Positions 62,271 to 64,000 of a stretch of 64,000 nt of DNA are shown piece after piece; within the stretch, counting starts at the first letter, position 1, and each line of letters begins with the position of its first letter. This stretch comes from an uncultured Verrucomicrobiae bacterium (lineage in GTDB: Bacteria; Verrucomicrobiota; Verrucomicrobiia; Chthoniobacterales; JAFAMB01), in assembly GCA_963762565.1 (NCBI GenBank), contig CAVXLD010000001.1, forward strand, positions 106,498 through 170,497, in the 5' to 3' direction. The translations under genes were made by a program, and so were the position numbers. Under the pieces are notes generated by a model. That model had not been told where the DNA came from and ran no database searches. It worked only from the letters and a program-made list of their open reading frames with translations.

Positions 62271-63814
62271 ATGAGTCGCAACTTCGTTGGTGCAACCGTT
62301 CGACCAAATCGGCTTGACAGGATTGCGTGTATTTGCCAGAAGCGCTTTGTGTCTCGCTCTGTTTGGTCGAGCTCGCGGGATTGCTCTGAGTCCGGTGCGA
62401 GCGCAGGTAGGTTTTTGGCCATTCGGCTGGTCGTGAGTAGTTTTTCACGCGTTATAGTTGGGTCGTTAGCATTGTTTTCAGCTAGTTCGCCATCGGGCCT
62501 CCAGGCACAGTACAGTGATACCAAGATCGGCGAATACCTAAACTATGCATTGGGGGCTACTAACGGCAGTGTTTATGTTGGCTATAACTCGATCGGTTAT
62601 GCATCACCGGTCATTTACACGACCGCTGCCGGTTGGACCGGTCTACCGTATTCGGCCGGATTTGACCCATCATACCCCTATTATGGATATGCGAACGGGG
62701 TCAGCCGCGATGGCACGGTGGTATCAGGTTATACCTGGGGAGAAGTTTCCAACGGAGTGTATGTGCAGTACGCGGTCTATTGGGTAAACGGTACAGAACA
62801 AATAGTCCCTGCGCCGCCGGATGATGCCCAACCTAGCCTAATGGCTGCGACCGCCGTTTCGGGTGATTGGAGTACACTATTGGTCGAGGATACAACCGGC
62901 TCTAATCCATCGAAGGTCGAGACGTATGTGTACCAGATCGCAACCCAAACTTTCACTTCGGTTGGTTATTTAGGCACGGCGACTCAGCAGGCGTACGGCG
63001 CTGCGCTCAACTATGACGGTTCACAGCCGCCACGGGGTACAGCAACTTAGACAACGGTGACAACGATGGTTTCCTGTGGACCCAGAAATCGGGCCTGCAA
63101 GATCTTGGTGTCCCCCAACCGGGAACTTACTATGTTGAGCCCACATGCATGAGCGATGACGGAACGGTCATTTTCGGCCGGTACACCGTGGGCGGCGGAT
63201 GGGTTGGGTTCCGGTACACTACGTCCGGTGGATTTCAAGATACTGGAGGTATCAGTATCAGCGGATGCACGGCCGACGGAACCGAAGCCTTCGGGATTGA
63301 GAACCTCTATTTTCCTGCTATTTGGACCACAACCGTGGGTGGTGGCTATCTTGATTTTTGGCTGAAAGCGCATGGAATCAAGGCCAAACTAGGCGATCTT
63401 ATGGCACCGGTAACCATCTCGCCGGACGGTTCTCTATTAACCTCAATCGGACCGTTTGTGTATCTGAACGACCAAATCTGGTACGGAACTTATCAGATCG
63501 GGTTACCTTCTCCGCTTAACATTGCACCGCTCATCACAACTAAAGTTGTTAACTTATCGACGGCTTATGAGACGACTTTAACTGTTCCTGCGCCCGGTGT
63601 GATTCAATACGCGGAATTTACCACCGGGGCGACCGCTGGGGTTGTCGCTAAACCCAAGAACGCCGCGAGCTTTCATCTCAAAGCCAACGGTTCATTCTCC
63701 TATACGCCGAAAAATGGGTATAGAGGTAAGACCGATGATTTTACCTATCACTTAGTGGGTCCAGGCGGAACGAGTACCGCTGCGCAGGTGAAAATCTACG
63801 TCGCAGCGCCTTGA
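62271..63814 (+). pseudogene. Secreted repeat protein (HAF-family-like repeats + C-terminal Ig/cadherin-like domain), interrupted by one frameshift near 63015-63050
   Basis: Recurrent xxVSxDGTVVxG / FxW...G..DLG units (ANGVSRDGTVVSGYTW, CMSDDGTVIFGRYT, DNDGFLWTQKSGLQDLG). The second frame is open from about 63015, so the two ORFs read as one protein. The start codon is uncertain. Confidence 0.5.
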
Positions 63815-63850
63815 GCGCCGGCTGCGGAAGCTCGCCTTAGGCTCGCTTCC

Positions 63851-63928
63851 GAATAGCAAATAGCAGATAGCAAATAGCAAATTCACGCTACCCAACGCTG
63901 GGTTCGCTGACCCTTTGCTATTTGCTAT
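63851..63928. repeat. Y-word cassette (AATAGCA heptamers inverted)
   Basis: gaatagcaaatagcagatagcaaatagcaaa (63851-63881) pairs with tttgctatttgctat (63914-63928). Arm lengths are unequal. Confidence 0.8.
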
Positions 63929-64000
63929 CCGACGAGTCGGGCGGCTGCCCATGCGCGTCAAGATAAGGAGTCGACTCATAAAGCTGCGAGTCTTTGAAAG

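Overview
This is a 64-kb chromosomal window from a moderately GC-rich diderm bacterium. The gene content (ADOP-type duplicated FtsX permease, YXWGXW proteins, DUF4105/Lnb-like protein) suggests a soil Verrucomicrobiota- or Acidobacteriota-like organism, but I cannot verify the taxonomy here. I see about 50 protein genes and no rRNA, tRNA or CRISPR. Gene blocks in order: (i) 767-9567, minus strand: a MacAB-like tripartite ABC exporter (ATPase, duplicated FtsX permease, HlyD adaptor, and a small leader ORF behind a candidate sigma-54 promoter), next to an intramembrane-type histidine kinase and an NtrC-family sigma-54 activator. (ii) A cupin, a GxxExxY cassette, a purine permease and a Y1-transposase (RAYT-like) element. 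(iii) hppD plus a truncated hmgA. (iv) pstSCA without pstB. (v) A fadL-fadD-fadA-fadB-acyl-CoA oxidase beta-oxidation cluster. (vi) fcl, then ribBA-ribH-nusB-ftsY and an OpgG-like gene. (vii) A decayed antitoxin/PIN pair, a methyltransferase, a CNNM/CorC transporter and an orphan rpsN. (viii) An unusual envelope operon: phosphoglucomutase / DUF4105 Lnb-like / Lnt-like (catalytic triad apparently lost) / DUF2334 / PHP-GT4 fusion. (ix) thyA-folA with divergent folE2. (x) Two tandem YXWGXW secreted paralogues, one with a His-rich TTEHHG tail. (xi) marR-GT39, an MFS transporter, several decayed genes, a GNAT and a HAF-like repeat protein. The most striking non-genic signal is in the intergenic regions, nearly all of which hold palindromic cassettes. 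These are built from a small vocabulary of short tandem-repeat words (mostly 7-nt units) placed in inverted orientation around unique cores. There are also structured MITE-like families (F1 x3, F2 x2, F3). The cassettes sit between cistrons of operons, donate stop codons to many genes, truncate hmgA, and fill the whole thyA/folE2 divergent promoter region.
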